A DNA stretch of 63,800 bases, the filler included, from an uncultured Methanoregulaceae archaeon (GTDB taxonomy: Archaea > Halobacteriota > Methanomicrobia > Methanomicrobiales > Methanospirillaceae), in assembly GCA_964530035.1 (NCBI GenBank). It is 3 parts of 3 records of this genome, joined end to end, with 100 filler letters (N's around TTAATTAATTAA, not from the genome) between each part and the next. Parts side by side here need not be neighbours in the genome. Positions count along the whole stretch, not along the records: positions 47,779 to 63,800 come from CAZGXZ010000038.1; 2 more parts are not named here. One strand, written 5' to 3'. Below are positions 63,799 through 63,800 of the stretch, one piece after another. Numbering within the stretch: position 1 is the stretch's first letter; each line of letters begins with the position of its first letter. Position numbers and translations under genes: made by a program. Below the pieces are notes generated by a model that worked only from the letters and a program-made list of their open reading frames with translations, was not told the origin of the DNA and searched no databases.

Positions 63799-63800
63799 GT

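Overview
Archaeal methanogen DNA, most likely Methanomicrobiales (Methanoregulaceae/Methanolinea-like). This is inferred from SepRS, methanogenesis marker 14, Fae-Hps, Tes, CarS and the gene order. The window is three contigs joined by artificial 100-nt N/TTAATTAATTAA linkers (23868-23967, 47679-47778), so context across the linkers means nothing; there are also small internal N gaps. Most of it is housekeeping: EF-2, S7, S12, queD/queE, aRF1, ArgRS, Taw1, SepRS, argF/purD/pyrE, carS/tes, GlyRS, Hef, tRNA-Ala and intron-containing tRNA-Trp. Notable accessory items: (1) an ORF-free ~315-nt segment (23503-23818) folding into about ten nested stems on the minus strand, a candidate undescribed large ncRNA; (2) a partly AT-rich three-gene cassette (TTR-like domain protein, double peptidoglycan-binding-domain protein, trypsin-like protease) inside a RACo/core methionine synthase/CooC cluster, in a lineage lacking peptidoglycan; (3) Dph6 overlapping a class I glutamine amidotransferase; (4) an encapsulin with ferritin-like cargo; (5) a REC-domain chemoreceptor behind a hybrid kinase; (6) a truncated TerY-P locus; (7) a 394-bp-period repeat flanking a GC-rich hairpin element. 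All calls come from motif recognition by eye; no searches were run.
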